Below, piece after piece: positions 25,912 through 26,435 of a DNA stretch of 26,435 nt. Each line of letters starts with the position of its first letter. Position 1 is the first letter of the stretch. The notes under the pieces were generated by a model, which worked only from the letters and a program-made list of their open reading frames with translations, was not told where the DNA came from and did not search any database. The stretch comes from an uncultured Bacteroidales bacterium (GTDB lineage: Bacteria > Bacteroidota > Bacteroidia > Bacteroidales > F082), in NCBI GenBank assembly GCA_937884015.1, contig CALGBV010000354.1:1-26435 (forward strand). The letters run 5' to 3'. The translations under genes and the position numbers were made by a program.

Positions 25912-26435
25912 ATGAAAATAGTAACCATAATCGGGGCTCGTCCCCAAATTATTAAAGCTGCCGCGTTAAGCCGCGCCATTAAAAACCGTTTTGCAGGCCA
26001 AATCACAGAAATCATCGTCCACACGGGGCAACACTACGACGAAAACATGTCGCAAGTCTTTTTCGATGAATTGGGCATTCCGCATCCCGACTACAACCTG
26101 CATGTAGGTTCGGCCTCACATGGCGTGCAGACCGCCCGCATGACCGAAGGCATCGAAGAAATCCTTGTCAAGGAAAAGCCTGATTACATTGTCCTTTACG
26201 GCGACACCAATTCCACTTTGGCCGGTGCCGTTGCCGCAGCAAAAATCCACGTTCCGATTGTCCATATCGAGGCCGGACTCCGCTCTTTCAACAAAAGCAT
26301 GCCCGAGGAAATCAACCGAATCGTTTGCGACCACTGCTCCACCCTGCTCTTCTCGCCCACTTTGGCGGGTTACGAAAACCTGAAGCGCGAAGGCTTCCCG
26401 ATGGACAATGCAGGCCCTTACACCATCGACAACCC
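25912..26435 (+). CDS. wecB: UDP-N-acetylglucosamine 2-epimerase (non-hydrolysing), 5' part, runs off window
   Basis: Not in the ORF track. Translates [17 protein letters not shown]...VHTGQHYD...[11 protein letters not shown]...[19 protein letters not shown]. Confidence 0.93.
   Translation, partial: MKIVTIIGARPQIIKAAALSRAIKNRFAGQITEIIVHTGQHYDENMSQVFFDELGIPHPDYNLHVGSASHGVQTARMTEGIEEILVKEKPDYIVLYGDTNSTLAGAVAAAKIHVPIVHIEAGLRSFNKSMPEEINRIVCDHCSTLLFSPTLAGYENLKREGFPMDNAGPYTIDN

Overview
A chromosomal, mostly housekeeping window from a Bacteroidota (probably Bacteroidales) bacterium. The assignment rests on repeated TAnnTTTG -7 promoter boxes, a PorT homologue, a T9SS C-terminal-domain protein and the parB-DUF5683-dapB-lepB and ubiE-porT gene orders. 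Gene order: parB(3' end), DUF5683, dapB, lepB, ftsK, lolA, pnuC, a [NadR-type kinase + GT4 glycosyltransferase] fusion; convergent lpxA, lpxC, lpxD and a hypothetical membrane protein; a T9SS-secreted BspA-type LRR protein; aspC-like aminotransferase, RfaE domain-I kinase, ubiE/menG, porT, tRNA-Glu(TTC), lplA; an ECF sigma / zinc anti-sigma / exported protein cassette on the minus strand; miaB, mtaB, rpsT, radC, wecB(5' part). Most notable: (1) the in-frame fusion of a NadR/AAA_28 kinase to a complete GT4 glycosyltransferase behind pnuC; (2) LpxC without the FabZ domain normally fused to it in Bacteroidota, with a terminator and a new promoter where fabZ would be; (3) an array of 14 x 24-aa LRRs with a three-repeat super-period and variable positions; (4) REP-like hairpins in the aspC leader; (5) a TAA-N4-TTGA-N3-TCAA-N4-TTA dyad upstream of both tRNA-Glu and rpsT. 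No integrase, transposase or CRISPR array was seen. All calls come from motif recognition by eye; no searches were run.
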